Below are positions 39,010 to 49,010 of a DNA stretch of 64,000 bases, piece after piece. The translations under genes were made by a program, and so were the position numbers. Source of the DNA: an uncultured Candidatus Entotheonella sp. (GTDB taxonomy: Bacteria; Tectomicrobia; Entotheonellia; Entotheonellales; Entotheonellaceae); the NCBI GenBank assembly GCA_965215335.1, contig CBDCDA010000001.1, positions 896,001-960,000 of the forward strand, in the 5' to 3' direction. Positions within the stretch are counted from its first letter, which is position 1; every line of letters begins with the position of its first letter. A model generated the notes under the pieces. That model was given only the letters and a program-made list of their open reading frames with translations, was not told the DNA's origin and searched no databases.

Positions 39010-39765
39010 GTGGAACGGTCCGATACACAACGCGGGCGCGCCGACGAAATCCCTCGAATTCTGCCGCTGCAGGTGCGTGACCTCTGCTTCGAGGCCGGCG
39101 GCCGGCGGCTGATCAATGGCATCTCCTTCACCATCGATGCGGGGCCGCGCCTCATCATCCTGGGACCCAACGGCGCCGGCAAGAGCCTGTTGCTGCGGCT
39201 TTGCCATGGGTTGCTGTCCCCGTCCGCAGGCCGTATCGAATGGGCCGAAGCGGATCCGGTCCGCGCCCGGCGTCAGCAGGCCATGGTGTTCCAGCGTCCG
39301 GTGCTGTTGCGCCGCTCGGTGGCCGCCAACGCCCATTTCGGTCTGCGATTGCGCCGGGTGCGGCGGCGGCGGCGGCAGGCGGTGGTAGCCGAGGCGCTGC
39401 GTCAGGGCGGCCTGGCTCACGTTGCCAACCGCGCGGCCCGGGTGCTGTCGGGCGGCGAGCAGCAGCGCCTTGCCCTGGTGCGCGCCTGGACGCTGCAGCC
39501 GCAGGTGCTGTTTCTCGACGAACCGACGGCCCACCTCGACCCGGCGGCTACGCGGGCCGTTGAAACGCTACTGAACCGGTTCCACGCCGCCGGCGCCAAG
39601 CTCATCATGACCACCCACGACCTGGGGCAGGCCCGCCGCCTGGCCGACGAGGTGCTCTTCCTGCACCGTGGCCGGCTGCTCGAACACAGCCCGGCCGCAG
39701 CGTTCTTCGCCCAACCACAAAGCGCCGAGGCGGCCGCGTTTCTCGCCGGGAATCTGCTATGGTAA
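39010..39765 (+). CDS. tupC: Tungstate ABC ATPase
   Basis: GPNGAGKS, LSGGEQQR, LDEPT; operon context. Confidence 0.85.
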   Translation: MERSDTQRGRADEIPRILPLQVRDLCFEAGGRRLINGISFTIDAGPRLIILGPNGAGKSLLLRLCHGLLSPSAGRIEWAEADPVRARRQQAMVFQRPVLLRRSVAANAHFGLRLRRVRRRRRQAVVAEALRQGGLAHVANRAARVLSGGEQQRLALVRAWTLQPQVLFLDEPTAHLDPAATRAVETLLNRFHAAGAKLIMTTHDLGQARRLADEVLFLHRGRLLEHSPAAAFFAQPQSAEAAAFLAGNLLW

Positions 39766-39800
39766 GCGTCACATACCCCCTTCCTTTGAGAGAACCCTCC

Positions 39801-40628
39801 ATGCTTCGCCGCCCCATCGCCTGCCTGATCGCCGCTCTCCTGCTGTCGCCTGCAACCGGCCCCACCTCTGCCGTGCAGCGTTTCATTACCGTCGCGTCCA
39901 CCACCTCGACCGAGAATTCCGGCCTTTTCCAAGCCATTCTGCCGCGGTTCGAACGGGCTGCGGGCATCGCGGTGCGCGTCGTGGCGGTGGGCACCGGCCA
40001 GGCCATTCGCATGGCGCAGCGGGGCGATGCCGACGTGCTGCTCGTCCACCACCGGCCCTCCGAAGAACAATTCGTGGCCGATGGCTTCGGGGTTGAGCGC
40101 CATGACGTGATGTCCAACGATTTCGTACTGGTAGGCCCGGAAACGGACCCGGCGGGTGTGGGCGGCATGTCTGACGCCGTTGACGCGCTGGCGCAGGTCG
40201 CCGGGCAACAGGCGTTGTTCGTCTCGCGCGGCGACGACAGCGGTACGCACAAGCGGGAATTGGCTCTGTGGCAAGCAGCAGGAATCGACGCAGGGGCAAC
40301 CAGCGGCACCTGGTACCGTGAAAGCGGCGCCGGCATGGGAACCACGCTCAACATTGCCAGTGGCATGGGCGCTTATACCCTCACCGACCACAGCACCTGG
40401 CTCAACTTCAACAACAAGGGGGAGCTGGTGGTTCTGGTCGCGGGCGACCGACGCCTGTTCAATCCTTATGGGGTCATTCTGGTGAATCCGCAGCGCCATC
40501 CGCACGTCAAGGCGGCGGACGGCCAGGCGTTCATCGCCTGGTTGCTGTCTCCCGACGGACAAGCGGCAATTGCGGCATACCGCATCAACGGCCAGCCGGT
40601 TTTCTTTCCCGGCGCCGACACCCCGTAA
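39801..40628 (+). CDS. tupA: Tungstate-binding protein
   Basis: STTSTENSGL, VGTGQA, SRGDDSGTH, GMGTTL. Confidence 0.88.
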   Translation: MLRRPIACLIAALLLSPATGPTSAVQRFITVASTTSTENSGLFQAILPRFERAAGIAVRVVAVGTGQAIRMAQRGDADVLLVHHRPSEEQFVADGFGVERHDVMSNDFVLVGPETDPAGVGGMSDAVDALAQVAGQQALFVSRGDDSGTHKRELALWQAAGIDAGATSGTWYRESGAGMGTTLNIASGMGAYTLTDHSTWLNFNNKGELVVLVAGDRRLFNPYGVILVNPQRHPHVKAADGQAFIAWLLSPDGQAAIAAYRINGQPVFFPGADTP

Positions 40629-40636
40629 ACCCCGTC

Positions 40637-41485
40637 TCAGCCCTTGACCGCGCCGGTCATGCCCGAGACGTAGTTTTCGACGAAGAAGGAATAGACGAAC
40701 GCGACCGGGACCGAACCCAGTAACGCCCCGGCCATCAGCGAGCCCCAGAAGAACACGTCGCCCTTCATCAGTTCGCTCACCACCCCGACCGGGATGGTCT
40801 TCTGCTGCGGCGAGGAGATGAATACCAGCGCGTAGAGAAACTCGTTCCACGACAGCGTGAACGAGAAAATGCCGGCGGAGAGAATGCCCGGCGTGCCGAG
40901 CGGCAGGATGATTTTCGTCATCGCCTGCAGGCGCGTCGCCCCGTCGATGCGGGCGCACTCCTCCAGCTCGCGCGGGATCGTCTTGAAGTATCCCATCAGC
41001 AGCCAGGCGGAAAACGGCACCAGGATGGTGGGGTACGTCAGGATGAGCGCCCACGGCGAATCAAGCAGCCGCAGATTGGCGATGACCGCGGCCAGCGGGA
41101 TGAACAGCAAGGTGGGCGGTACCAGGTAGGTGACGAAAATCGAGATGCCGAAGGTGGCCGAGCCCGGAAAGCGCAGGCGCGACAACGAGTAGCCGGCCAG
41201 CACACCGGCAAACAGGGAGATGGCGGTGGACGCCGTGGCGATCCACAGGGTGTTCAAGGCCCAGCGCGCGAACATCGTCTCCTTGAACAGGTAGAACCAG
41301 TGCTCCAGCGTGGCCCGCGACACGATGAACGGTGAGCGCCGCACGTTGTACAGCTCGAAATCCGGCTTGATCGAGGTGATGAGCATCCAGTAGAACGGGA
41401 ACAGCATCGCCGCCACGAACAGGAACAGCGGGATGTAGAAGACGATCAACCGCTTGGAGAACGTCTCGCCGACGTACGCTTGCAT
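40637..41485 (-). CDS. Carbohydrate ABC permease (MalG-like)
   Basis: ELEECARIDGA, WNEFLYA, GMTGAVKG. Confidence 0.9.
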   Translation of the reverse strand: MQAYVGETFSKRLIVFYIPLFLFVAAMLFPFYWMLITSIKPDFELYNVRRSPFIVSRATLEHWFYLFKETMFARWALNTLWIATASTAISLFAGVLAGYSLSRLRFPGSATFGISIFVTYLVPPTLLFIPLAAVIANLRLLDSPWALILTYPTILVPFSAWLLMGYFKTIPRELEECARIDGATRLQAMTKIILPLGTPGILSAGIFSFTLSWNEFLYALVFISSPQQKTIPVGVVSELMKGDVFFWGSLMAGALLGSVPVAFVYSFFVENYVSGMTGAVKG

Positions 41486-41518
41486 GAATGGAACCGCCTC
41501 TCCGGGATGACCGCGCGG

Positions 41519-42544
41519 CTAGCCGCCACTGTCCTCGCGCCGCAGGTAGAAAAGCTGCCACAGGATGACCAGACCGAGGATGGGAAACATGAACAGCGCC
41601 GCAGCGGCGCCCTCGCCCAGGTTGCCGGAGGTCATGCCGAGCTGGTAGGCCAGGGTGGCGAACAGGTGGGTGCTGTTGTGCGGCCCGCCGCGGGTGAGAA
41701 TGTACACCACCTGAAAGTCCGAGAAGGTCACCACGAAGGAGAACACCGTCACCACCACGGCGATGGGCTTGATGAGCGGCAGGGTGATGTGCCAGAACTT
41801 CTGGAATTCGTTGGTGCCGTCGATGTTGCCGGCGTCGTAGAGCTCCGGCGGCACCGTCTGCAGGCCCGCCAGGAACGAAATGGCAAAGAACGGCAGGCCG
41901 CGCCAGGCGTTGACCAGGATGATCGAGAACATCGCCAGCCCCGGACTTCCCAGCCACAGCGGCCCCTGCACGTAGCCCCAGTTTTCCTTCAGCAGGAAGC
42001 CGAAGACGCCGATTTCCAGCCGCCACAGCCACTTGAGCACCCAGTTGAACACGCTGAAGGTGGCGTCGAACATCCACAGCCACGCCAGGCCGCTGAGCAC
42101 GGTGGGAACGATGAACGGCAGCAGCACGGTGGCGCGCGTGAAGCGCGCCAGCCGGAACCTGCGGTTCAGCAGAATGGCGAGCCACATGCCGAACACCGCC
42201 TTGATGACCGTGGCGGCGATGGTGAAGATGACCGTGTTCCAGGCCGCCTGGTGAAAAATTTCGCTCTTCGACAACTTGACGAAATTGGCCAGGCCCACAA
42301 AATTGCCGGGCGTGCCCACCACCTTGTCGGTCAGCGACATCCACACGCCCAGCGAGAACGGATAGGCGATGAACACGACGATCAGCAGCAGGGCCGGCAG
42401 CATCAGCACGTAGCCGAGCACGGCCTCGTTCTCCAGCCACAGGCCGAGGCGCCTGCCAAGCGGCAGGCGCGCTGCGGCCCTCAGGGTATCGGACGATGCG
42501 GTCGAGACGGACGACGGTATGGATTTCAACGGCTGTTCCTGCAT
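41519..42544 (-). CDS. Carbohydrate ABC permease (MalF-like)
   Basis: VGLANF, LYDAGNIDG, TRGGP. Confidence 0.9.
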   Translation of the reverse strand: MQEQPLKSIPSSVSTASSDTLRAAARLPLGRRLGLWLENEAVLGYVLMLPALLLIVVFIAYPFSLGVWMSLTDKVVGTPGNFVGLANFVKLSKSEIFHQAAWNTVIFTIAATVIKAVFGMWLAILLNRRFRLARFTRATVLLPFIVPTVLSGLAWLWMFDATFSVFNWVLKWLWRLEIGVFGFLLKENWGYVQGPLWLGSPGLAMFSIILVNAWRGLPFFAISFLAGLQTVPPELYDAGNIDGTNEFQKFWHITLPLIKPIAVVVTVFSFVVTFSDFQVVYILTRGGPHNSTHLFATLAYQLGMTSGNLGEGAAAALFMFPILGLVILWQLFYLRREDSGG

Positions 42545-42586
42545 GGAGAGGATGCGCCTGCCGGGTCCGGCGGGCGTATCGGCAGA

Positions 42587-43930
42587 TTACGCTTCGTAGA
42601 TGGCCTTCAATTCCCGTTCCGCCCACTCGATGACGCTCCGGGTCGAGTCGCCCCGCACCGCCTTGGCGAACAGGTCGACGATGATGTACTTGGCGAACGC
42701 CTCCGACGACTGGCGGTTGTACGGCCCGGCGTAGCCGAGGTTGCGGCCGTACTGCGGCAGCTCACGATAGATGGTGACGGCCGGGTCCTCCTCCCACATC
42801 GGGTGTTCCTGCCACTTCGGCAACGGGCCGTTGATGTAGCCCTTGTTGATCACCAGGAACTTCTCGAAATTGTCGTCCTGGTGAACGAAACGGATGTAGT
42901 CGCGCGCCGCCTCCTTGTTGGCCGAGTAGCGCGTGATGCAGTTGGAGAACGGCCCGACGCCGTGGTAGCGTCCGTGCGGACCTTCGGGGATCAGGAAGTG
43001 ACCCAGCCGGTCGGCCAGACCGGGTGCGGCCTTGCGGGGATCGTTGCGGGCGACGAAGTAAATGCTGGCGCCGTTCAGGGTGACGGCGATGGTCTCCGCC
43101 AGAAAGGCGCGGTTGTTGCTGGTGTCGTCCCAGGCCAGGCCGCTTTCGTCGCAGGCGGCAGACCAGAACGCCTTGAGAAAATCCACCGCGTTGGCCGTCT
43201 CCTTGCTGTTCAGAGCCACCCTCCCGTCTTCGTCCACTTCCTTGCCGCCGAAACACCACAACAGGGTGTAGGCGAAGCCGGGGGCATCGCCGAAGGTGTG
43301 ACCGAGACTCTGCCCGACCGGCATGCCGTAATGCTTCAGCTTCTTGCCGGCTTCCAGATACTCGTCCCAGGTTTCGGGCGGACGAGAAATGCCGACTTCC
43401 TCGAAGACGTCTTTGCGGTAAACGTTGGCGCCGCCACCGAAGAAGTTGGGCATGCCCCGATGCACGCCGCTCTCGTCGCGCACGGCGTCTCGGATGAACG
43501 GGTAGATCTCGTCGCCGCCGAGTTCCTCGATCAAGTCGTCGTGATCGTCGAGGCCTTTGGCGTAAAGCAGCGGGTAATTGGAAAGGAGCTGCAGAATGTC
43601 GGCACCCGTGCCGCCCTCGATGGCCGCGGTGGCCCGCGCCGGCAGGTCGTTGGCGTTGATGTGCTCGACGATCACCTTCACCCCGGCCTGCTTGCCGAAT
43701 TCCGCCGCCTGTCGGTCCCGTTCAACGTCAGCCGGGGCGACGAAACTGCTCCACTCCAGGACGTGCAGGGTTCGTTCCTGCGCAAAGGCCGGTGCCTGAC
43801 CGGTCAGCCAGTTCGTGCCAGCAACGGCCGCCAGGGCCGCTCCCGCTTTGCCCGTGCGCACCAGGAAATCCCGCCGCCGCATCCGGTTGGGGGCCGTTTC
43901 ACCCCGTTGCTGCCCTGCCTCGTGTGCCAT
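42587..43930 (-). CDS. Carbohydrate ABC substrate-binding protein (Tat signal)
   Basis: RRRDFL twin-arginine signal; WDDTSNNRAFL; upstream of two permeases. Confidence 0.87.
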   Translation of the reverse strand: MAHEAGQQRGETAPNRMRRRDFLVRTGKAGAALAAVAGTNWLTGQAPAFAQERTLHVLEWSSFVAPADVERDRQAAEFGKQAGVKVIVEHINANDLPARATAAIEGGTGADILQLLSNYPLLYAKGLDDHDDLIEELGGDEIYPFIRDAVRDESGVHRGMPNFFGGGANVYRKDVFEEVGISRPPETWDEYLEAGKKLKHYGMPVGQSLGHTFGDAPGFAYTLLWCFGGKEVDEDGRVALNSKETANAVDFLKAFWSAACDESGLAWDDTSNNRAFLAETIAVTLNGASIYFVARNDPRKAAPGLADRLGHFLIPEGPHGRYHGVGPFSNCITRYSANKEAARDYIRFVHQDDNFEKFLVINKGYINGPLPKWQEHPMWEEDPAVTIYRELPQYGRNLGYAGPYNRQSSEAFAKYIIVDLFAKAVRGDSTRSVIEWAERELKAIYEA

Positions 43931-44075
43931 GGCTCGCCTCCATAAGGCGCTCCTCGCGCCTGACCTGTCGTGCCCATCCAATTGCCATCGGTGAGTGCCC
44001 TAGTATCGTGTTTTCTCTCGTGCTGTCAAGTCCGCGTGCTCAGGCTACGGCCGGCAAGAAGCAGAACGGGAGGGA

Positions 44076-45617
44076 CTACAGAGAGCGGAGGAATTGCAAC
44101 AGGGCTTCGCGGTCGCCGTGAGGCAAACGGCGGAAGTACTCCTTGGCGGCTTCGGCCTCGCCGCCATGCCACAAAATGGCCTCGGCCAGATCGCGGGCGC
44201 GGCCGTCGTGCAGGAAGCAGGTGTGCCGGTTGACGGTCTCCACGAGTCCGATGCCCCACAGCGGCGGCGTGCGCCATTCGGCACCCGTGGCCTCGAAATC
44301 CGGCCGGCCGTCGGCCAGGGCAGCGCCCATGTCGTGCAGCAGCAGGTCGGTGTAGGGGTGGATTACCTGCTCTGACAGGTCCGGCAAGCCGGGCACCGAG
44401 CCCGTGCGCAAGGTGGGTATATGGCAAGTGCCGCATTGCGCCGCGTCGAACAGGTGCCGGCCGCGCCGCACGTCGAGCCGGCCCGGGTCACGGCGGGCCG
44501 GCACCGCCAGGGTCCGGTTGTAGAAGACGACGTGGGCAAGCAGGTCCGCGGGCAATTCGGGGCTGCCGCCGTTCGGGGCTTGTCGGCACGCCAGGGCGTT
44601 GGGGGGGCAGTTTTCATCGGGGAAAAGAGGCGAGGTAATGCCGATGTCACCGAGGAATGCGCCAGCCACCTGCTGGGCCACGGTGGGCTGGTTGGCCTTC
44701 CAGCCGAAACGGCCCAGAATCGTTCGCCGGCCGGCTTTGTCCCAAACCCGATTGGGCCGCCCGGAAATACCATCGCCATCGGCGTCGTCAGGGTCGGCCA
44801 GCGCCAGCAGCGCCGCCGCGGGCACCGCTTCCAGCAACCCGAGCCCGACGAGGGCGGGGGCGACTCGGGGCGACGACAGCATGTGCGGGTGCATGGGGCC
44901 GTACCTCAGATCGGCGAAAGTGTACGTCGGTTTCCGCAGACTGTAGGACTCGCCATCGCCATACGTACCGGCAATTTCTTCATACGTTATCACCGCCCTG
45001 CCCTCGGGCGGCACGCCGTGCACGGCCAGGCCGTTCAGCTGGTCGCCGTACGTCGGTTCGGGCACAACCCCCCGCTGCACGTCGCGGCCCGGGATGCTGA
45101 GCCGTACGAGCATCGACAGCATATCCTCACCGGGAGCCGGCGGCCGCCCGCGGCCGTCGTGCAGGTGGCAGGCGGAGCACGAACGGGCGTTGAACAAGGG
45201 TCCGAGGCCGTCGCGCGCCGTTGTGGACGACGGCGCGCTGACCCAATTGCGGTTGAAGAAGGAATTGCCGACGAAGAATTGCGTTTCCTGGTCCGCCGTC
45301 AGGTGGGGCAGCGGTTGACCAAAGGCTTGCCGCGTGGTGGCGAACACGGTGGCCGCGCCACCCGACAAGGCGCCCGGAGCTTCTTGGGCAGAGACACCAC
45401 CCATCAGGACCACAATGGCGAGAAGACACGACACGGCAATGAAATGACGTGCCCAGACCGTCACTTCCGCGCAAGCGGGAGGCTGCATTTTCCGAGGGAC
45501 AGGATTCTGCCCCGGACTCGAGCTCGGGGCCCTGGATTCCGGGTCAGGCCCGGAATGACGCCTTGGGGGCACTGCACGAGCTCTTCTCTTCAGGAAGACC
45601 CGGAACATCCGCAGCAT
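44076..45617 (-). CDS. Di-heme oxidoreductase (DUF1111-like)
   Basis: GLGPLFNARSCSACH, GRFGWKA, CGTCH, YTDLLLHDMG, WRTPPLWG, LHDGRAR. Start uncertain (ATG 45617 chosen). Confidence 0.88.
   Translation of the reverse strand: MLRMFRVFLKRRARAVPPRRHSGPDPESRAPSSSPGQNPVPRKMQPPACAEVTVWARHFIAVSCLLAIVVLMGGVSAQEAPGALSGGAATVFATTRQAFGQPLPHLTADQETQFFVGNSFFNRNWVSAPSSTTARDGLGPLFNARSCSACHLHDGRGRPPAPGEDMLSMLVRLSIPGRDVQRGVVPEPTYGDQLNGLAVHGVPPEGRAVITYEEIAGTYGDGESYSLRKPTYTFADLRYGPMHPHMLSSPRVAPALVGLGLLEAVPAAALLALADPDDADGDGISGRPNRVWDKAGRRTILGRFGWKANQPTVAQQVAGAFLGDIGITSPLFPDENCPPNALACRQAPNGGSPELPADLLAHVVFYNRTLAVPARRDPGRLDVRRGRHLFDAAQCGTCHIPTLRTGSVPGLPDLSEQVIHPYTDLLLHDMGAALADGRPDFEATGAEWRTPPLWGIGLVETVNRHTCFLHDGRARDLAEAILWHGGEAEAAKEYFRRLPHGDREALLQFLRSL
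45459..45560. repeat. Paired REP/RPE-like palindromes (GTCATTCC type) inside the 5' end of the di-heme gene
   Basis: Plus CGTCACTTCCGCGCAAGCGGGA (45459) faces minus CGTCATTCCGGGCCTGACCCGGAATCCA (45560); central hairpin GCCCCG...CGGGGC. Confidence 0.65.
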
Positions 45618-45642
45618 GGGATAGCCTGTCAAAAAAACGCCG

Positions 45643-46791
45643 TCACTCCGGCAGTTCAACCTGCAGGTTCGGGATGCCGAGGTCGACGGCGGCGTTGACG
45701 ATCTCTTCAGCCTGAGCCCGCAGCGCGTGGATCGCCGCCTGTACCCGTTGACGGCCTGCCGGCGTCACGATCTCGCGGTCGAACGGCGGCTGGATGGTGT
45801 GCACCGCGGCCATGGCGTTGCGCATTTTTCCCCGCAGCTCGGCTCTGCGATCATCTTGCAGCAGCGCCAGGACGCCCGGCCCCGCCAGCACCGTGCCGTT
45901 GCTGCGCACGTAACGACCCTCGATGACGTTCTGAATGCCCAGAGCGTTGCGGATGACGTCGACGTGGGTGTTGTCGCTGAAGCAGGAATGCTCGTCTTCC
46001 TGATCGTGTGATTCCAGAGCCACCGCCATGCGCTCGCCGGCCAGCTCGCTGCGGCTCAAGGTGCCGATGCCGACCAGAATCTGACGCAGGGCTTCGTTCG
46101 GCTCCCGGGCCAGAAACGCCGTGCGGTAATTGCCGTTTTGCCCCGGCGCCCATTCGGCGACCAGGGATTGCAGGTCGCCGACCAATTGCGCCGCCACGGT
46201 ATGCAGATACCGCACGCGCCGGGGGGCCTCCACGTAGTCGGAAACCGGGCGGGCGCCAGGTCCGTCGGTACTCAAGTCCTGCCCCCACAGCAGGAATTCG
46301 ATAGCGTGATAGCCGAGACTGACGTTTTCCTCGCCGCCCTGCTCGTTGAGCGCCAGCAGGCTCTCCTGGGTGATCGGTGCATTGGGATCATTGATGATGC
46401 CGGCGCACGGGTTGCCCGCCACATAGTCGACGTAGCTCTCGTCCATCGGCCAGGCGTTAAGCTGGCCTTCCGGCCCGTCGGCGTCGTCGATGGGGCCGCC
46501 GTAGAAGCGGAAGGCTTCGGTCTCGCCGTACGGAATGCGCGCCCGTTTCCAGGCGTTCTTGGCGGCCTCCAGTGAGGCGGCACTCGGCCGGTCGGTCAAC
46601 GCCTGCAAGGCGCCCTGCAAGGCGACGGCCCGCCGATAGGAATCCTCGTAGCCGGCGTGCACGAGATTGGCGTAATGCGCCACTACCTGCCGCACCGTGG
46701 CGAGGTCGGCGCCTTCCACCGGCGGAATGGACGCCGAGCCGGCCAGCAAGAAGAGAAAGCAAGAGACGAAAGCCAGGGAACGTGTTCGCAT
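45643..46791 (-). CDS. Imelysin family iron-regulated protein
   Basis: EAFRF, LNAWPMDE, GYHAIEFLLWGQD, ELAGERM, EDEHSCFSDNT; signal peptide. Confidence 0.9.
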   Translation of the reverse strand: MRTRSLAFVSCFLFLLAGSASIPPVEGADLATVRQVVAHYANLVHAGYEDSYRRAVALQGALQALTDRPSAASLEAAKNAWKRARIPYGETEAFRFYGGPIDDADGPEGQLNAWPMDESYVDYVAGNPCAGIINDPNAPITQESLLALNEQGGEENVSLGYHAIEFLLWGQDLSTDGPGARPVSDYVEAPRRVRYLHTVAAQLVGDLQSLVAEWAPGQNGNYRTAFLAREPNEALRQILVGIGTLSRSELAGERMAVALESHDQEDEHSCFSDNTHVDVIRNALGIQNVIEGRYVRSNGTVLAGPGVLALLQDDRRAELRGKMRNAMAAVHTIQPPFDREIVTPAGRQRVQAAIHALRAQAEEIVNAAVDLGIPNLQVELPE

Positions 46792-46838
46792 GGTAAGGTT
46801 CTCCTCCAGACCGGATTGGGACGGTGGATTGCGTTTCC

Positions 46839-46857
46839 AATAATGATAGTCACTCTC
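46839..46857. promoter_or_regulatory. Fur box upstream of the imelysin operon
   Basis: AATAATGATAGTCACTCTC matches 15/19 of GATAATGATAATCATTATC and overlaps a minus-strand TTGACT-16-TATCAT promoter candidate. Confidence 0.7.
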
Positions 46858-46993
46858 ATTCTCAAGTCAACAGCGAACGCCACTGCCGTCGTCCCTCCTC
46901 TTCCACCCCCCGGATCAAAACCGCCGTCGCGGTATGCGGTATACTGTGCCCCTTCAACCTTTTCGTTCCTCATTTTCTCAGGAGATCTGATCC

Positions 46994-47725
46994 ATGGCGA
47001 GAATGACCACGCAGAAGATGCTGACCGAACTGAGCAAGATTGATACCCCCTCCATCACCAACGTGGTGGCGACCTACCCGAAAAACGACCTCTGCCTCGG
47101 CCTGTACAATCCCTGGACCGAGAACTGGTATACCGACGACTCCATCCGCTGCATGTATCCCGAGCTCGGCCCCAAGGCAGGCTATGCGGTCACCTGCATT
47201 TACGGCATGCCCGATCCCAACTTCTCCCGCCTGTCGTTCCTCGACGTCATCGACGCCCTGGACGCCTCCCCGAAACCGACCGTTCTCGTTCTGCAACAGA
47301 AATACCCGCCCGAGATCGCCGGCAAGGTCGGCCTGGCGGGCGAGATCATGGTCACGGCGATGCAGTCGGTCGGTTGCGTGGGCATGCTGTCCAACGGCCC
47401 GTCGCGCGACGTCGACGCCATCCGCGCCCTGAAGTTCCAGTACCTGCTCAGCGGCGCCTCGGCGGGCCACGGCGACATGGCGGTGCATGCGGTCAACGTG
47501 CCGGTGAACGTCGGCGGCATGGACGTGTCGCCGGGCGAGATGGTGCACATGGACGAAAATGGCGCCTGCAAGTTTCCCGCCGACAAGACCGAGGCGGTGC
47601 TGAAAAACGTCAAGGCCCTGCTCAGGGACGAAGACGTGCGCATCACGGCGCTGCGCAAGGCCAAAGGCGCGGCGCAGGTCAAGGCCGCTTTTGCCGGGCA
47701 TTCGTACAGCGAAGATGACGAGTAG
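46994..47725 (+). CDS. RraA/HMG aldolase family protein
   Basis: DTPSITN, GYAVT, GEIM, SNGPSRD, VSPGEMVHMDENG. Confidence 0.82.
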   Translation: MARMTTQKMLTELSKIDTPSITNVVATYPKNDLCLGLYNPWTENWYTDDSIRCMYPELGPKAGYAVTCIYGMPDPNFSRLSFLDVIDALDASPKPTVLVLQQKYPPEIAGKVGLAGEIMVTAMQSVGCVGMLSNGPSRDVDAIRALKFQYLLSGASAGHGDMAVHAVNVPVNVGGMDVSPGEMVHMDENGACKFPADKTEAVLKNVKALLRDEDVRITALRKAKGAAQVKAAFAGHSYSEDDE

Positions 47726-47752
47726 GCCGGCGCCCGGCAGAGGACTCACGAC

Positions 47753-48826
47753 ATGACCAAGCAACACGGCCTGCGCGTCGGCGTGCTGGGCACCGGCTGG
47801 GGCACCCGCATCTCGGTGCCAGCCCTGCGTGCCGAGGGCTGGCACGTCGCGGCGCTGTGGAGCCGCAACGCCGAACGCGCCCAAAAGCAGGCTGGCGAAC
47901 TGGAAATCCCGTTCGCCACCAACAATGCCTCGGCGCTGATCAACCGCCCTGACGTCGACGCCGTGACCATCGTCACGCCGACGCCGACGCATCACGACAT
48001 CTGCCTGGAAGCCCTGGCGGCCGGCAAGCACGTGCTGGCCGAAAAACCCATGGCCATGAACGCCGGGCAGGCCGAGGAGATGACGGCTGCCGCCGGATCG
48101 GCCGGCGTCACGGCGATGATCAACTTCGAATTTCGCTTCACCCCGCAGCGCCTGCACGTGCAGCGGCTGCTGGCGGCGGACTACCTGGGCCGCCTGCGCC
48201 ACGGCATGGTGGAGCTGTACTGGGCGCCGCCGCTGGCGGCGCGGGAGTTGAACTGGCGCGGCCGGGCCGCCAGCGGCGGCGGCGTGCTGAACGAGCACGG
48301 CTCCCACTATATCGACGCCCTGCACCAGTGGCTGGGGGACGTCCGCAGCGTCAGCGCGCGTGTCGAGACGTTCGTGCCGCAACGCCGCGTTCCCGTGTCG
48401 GGCGCGCCGCTACAGGCCGACGCGGACGATTTCTTCACCGCCACGTTCGGCATGGCGCAAGGCGGCGTGGTGGTGCTGACGCAGTCGTGGGCGGCCAGTC
48501 TCGGGCTGGGGATGCGCGCCACCCTGGCGGGTTCCGGCGGCATGCTGGTGACGGCGTGCCGGGAAACCATGATGTTTGACGGCGAGGTCTGCGGCGCCCC
48601 CACCGGCAGCGACGACCTGCAACCCCTGCCGCGCCCGGCGGGCATCGCCCCGTTCGACGACCCCGACTGGCGCATCGGCTCCTCGCGGCGTCTGCTGCGC
48701 GAGTTTCTGCGCGGCATTCGCGAAGGCTGCTCACCAGCGCCGAACTTCGCGGACGGCCTGCGCTGCCAGCGGGTGATCGACGCCATTCGCGAGTCGGCCC
48801 GCAGCGGGCGCACGGTCACGTTGTAA
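47753..48826 (+). CDS. Gfo/Idh/MocA oxidoreductase
   Basis: GTGWG, AGKHVLAEKP, GGGVLNEHGSHYID. Confidence 0.9.
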   Translation: MTKQHGLRVGVLGTGWGTRISVPALRAEGWHVAALWSRNAERAQKQAGELEIPFATNNASALINRPDVDAVTIVTPTPTHHDICLEALAAGKHVLAEKPMAMNAGQAEEMTAAAGSAGVTAMINFEFRFTPQRLHVQRLLAADYLGRLRHGMVELYWAPPLAARELNWRGRAASGGGVLNEHGSHYIDALHQWLGDVRSVSARVETFVPQRRVPVSGAPLQADADDFFTATFGMAQGGVVVLTQSWAASLGLGMRATLAGSGGMLVTACRETMMFDGEVCGAPTGSDDLQPLPRPAGIAPFDDPDWRIGSSRRLLREFLRGIREGCSPAPNFADGLRCQRVIDAIRESARSGRTVTL

Positions 48827-49010
48827 GCAATGAATGTGCGTTGCGGTTTCTTGGTTTGGGGTACGGATGGGGGCCCGAAAGTGAGGATCCTCGGAGGTCG
48901 AGCCCGCAACCGCCGGGGCGAAGACAGCGTGACGGACCGTCATCTGGCTGAGACGATCCGTCACTCCGGCAAAAGACCTCCTGACCTCCCAAATGGCGCT
49001 GAACGTGTGC

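Noticed and set aside
41480..43945. Long antisense ORFs (also 54288-56414, 56433-58649, 59145-61181)
   Set aside because: Shadows of well-supported genes on the opposite strand.
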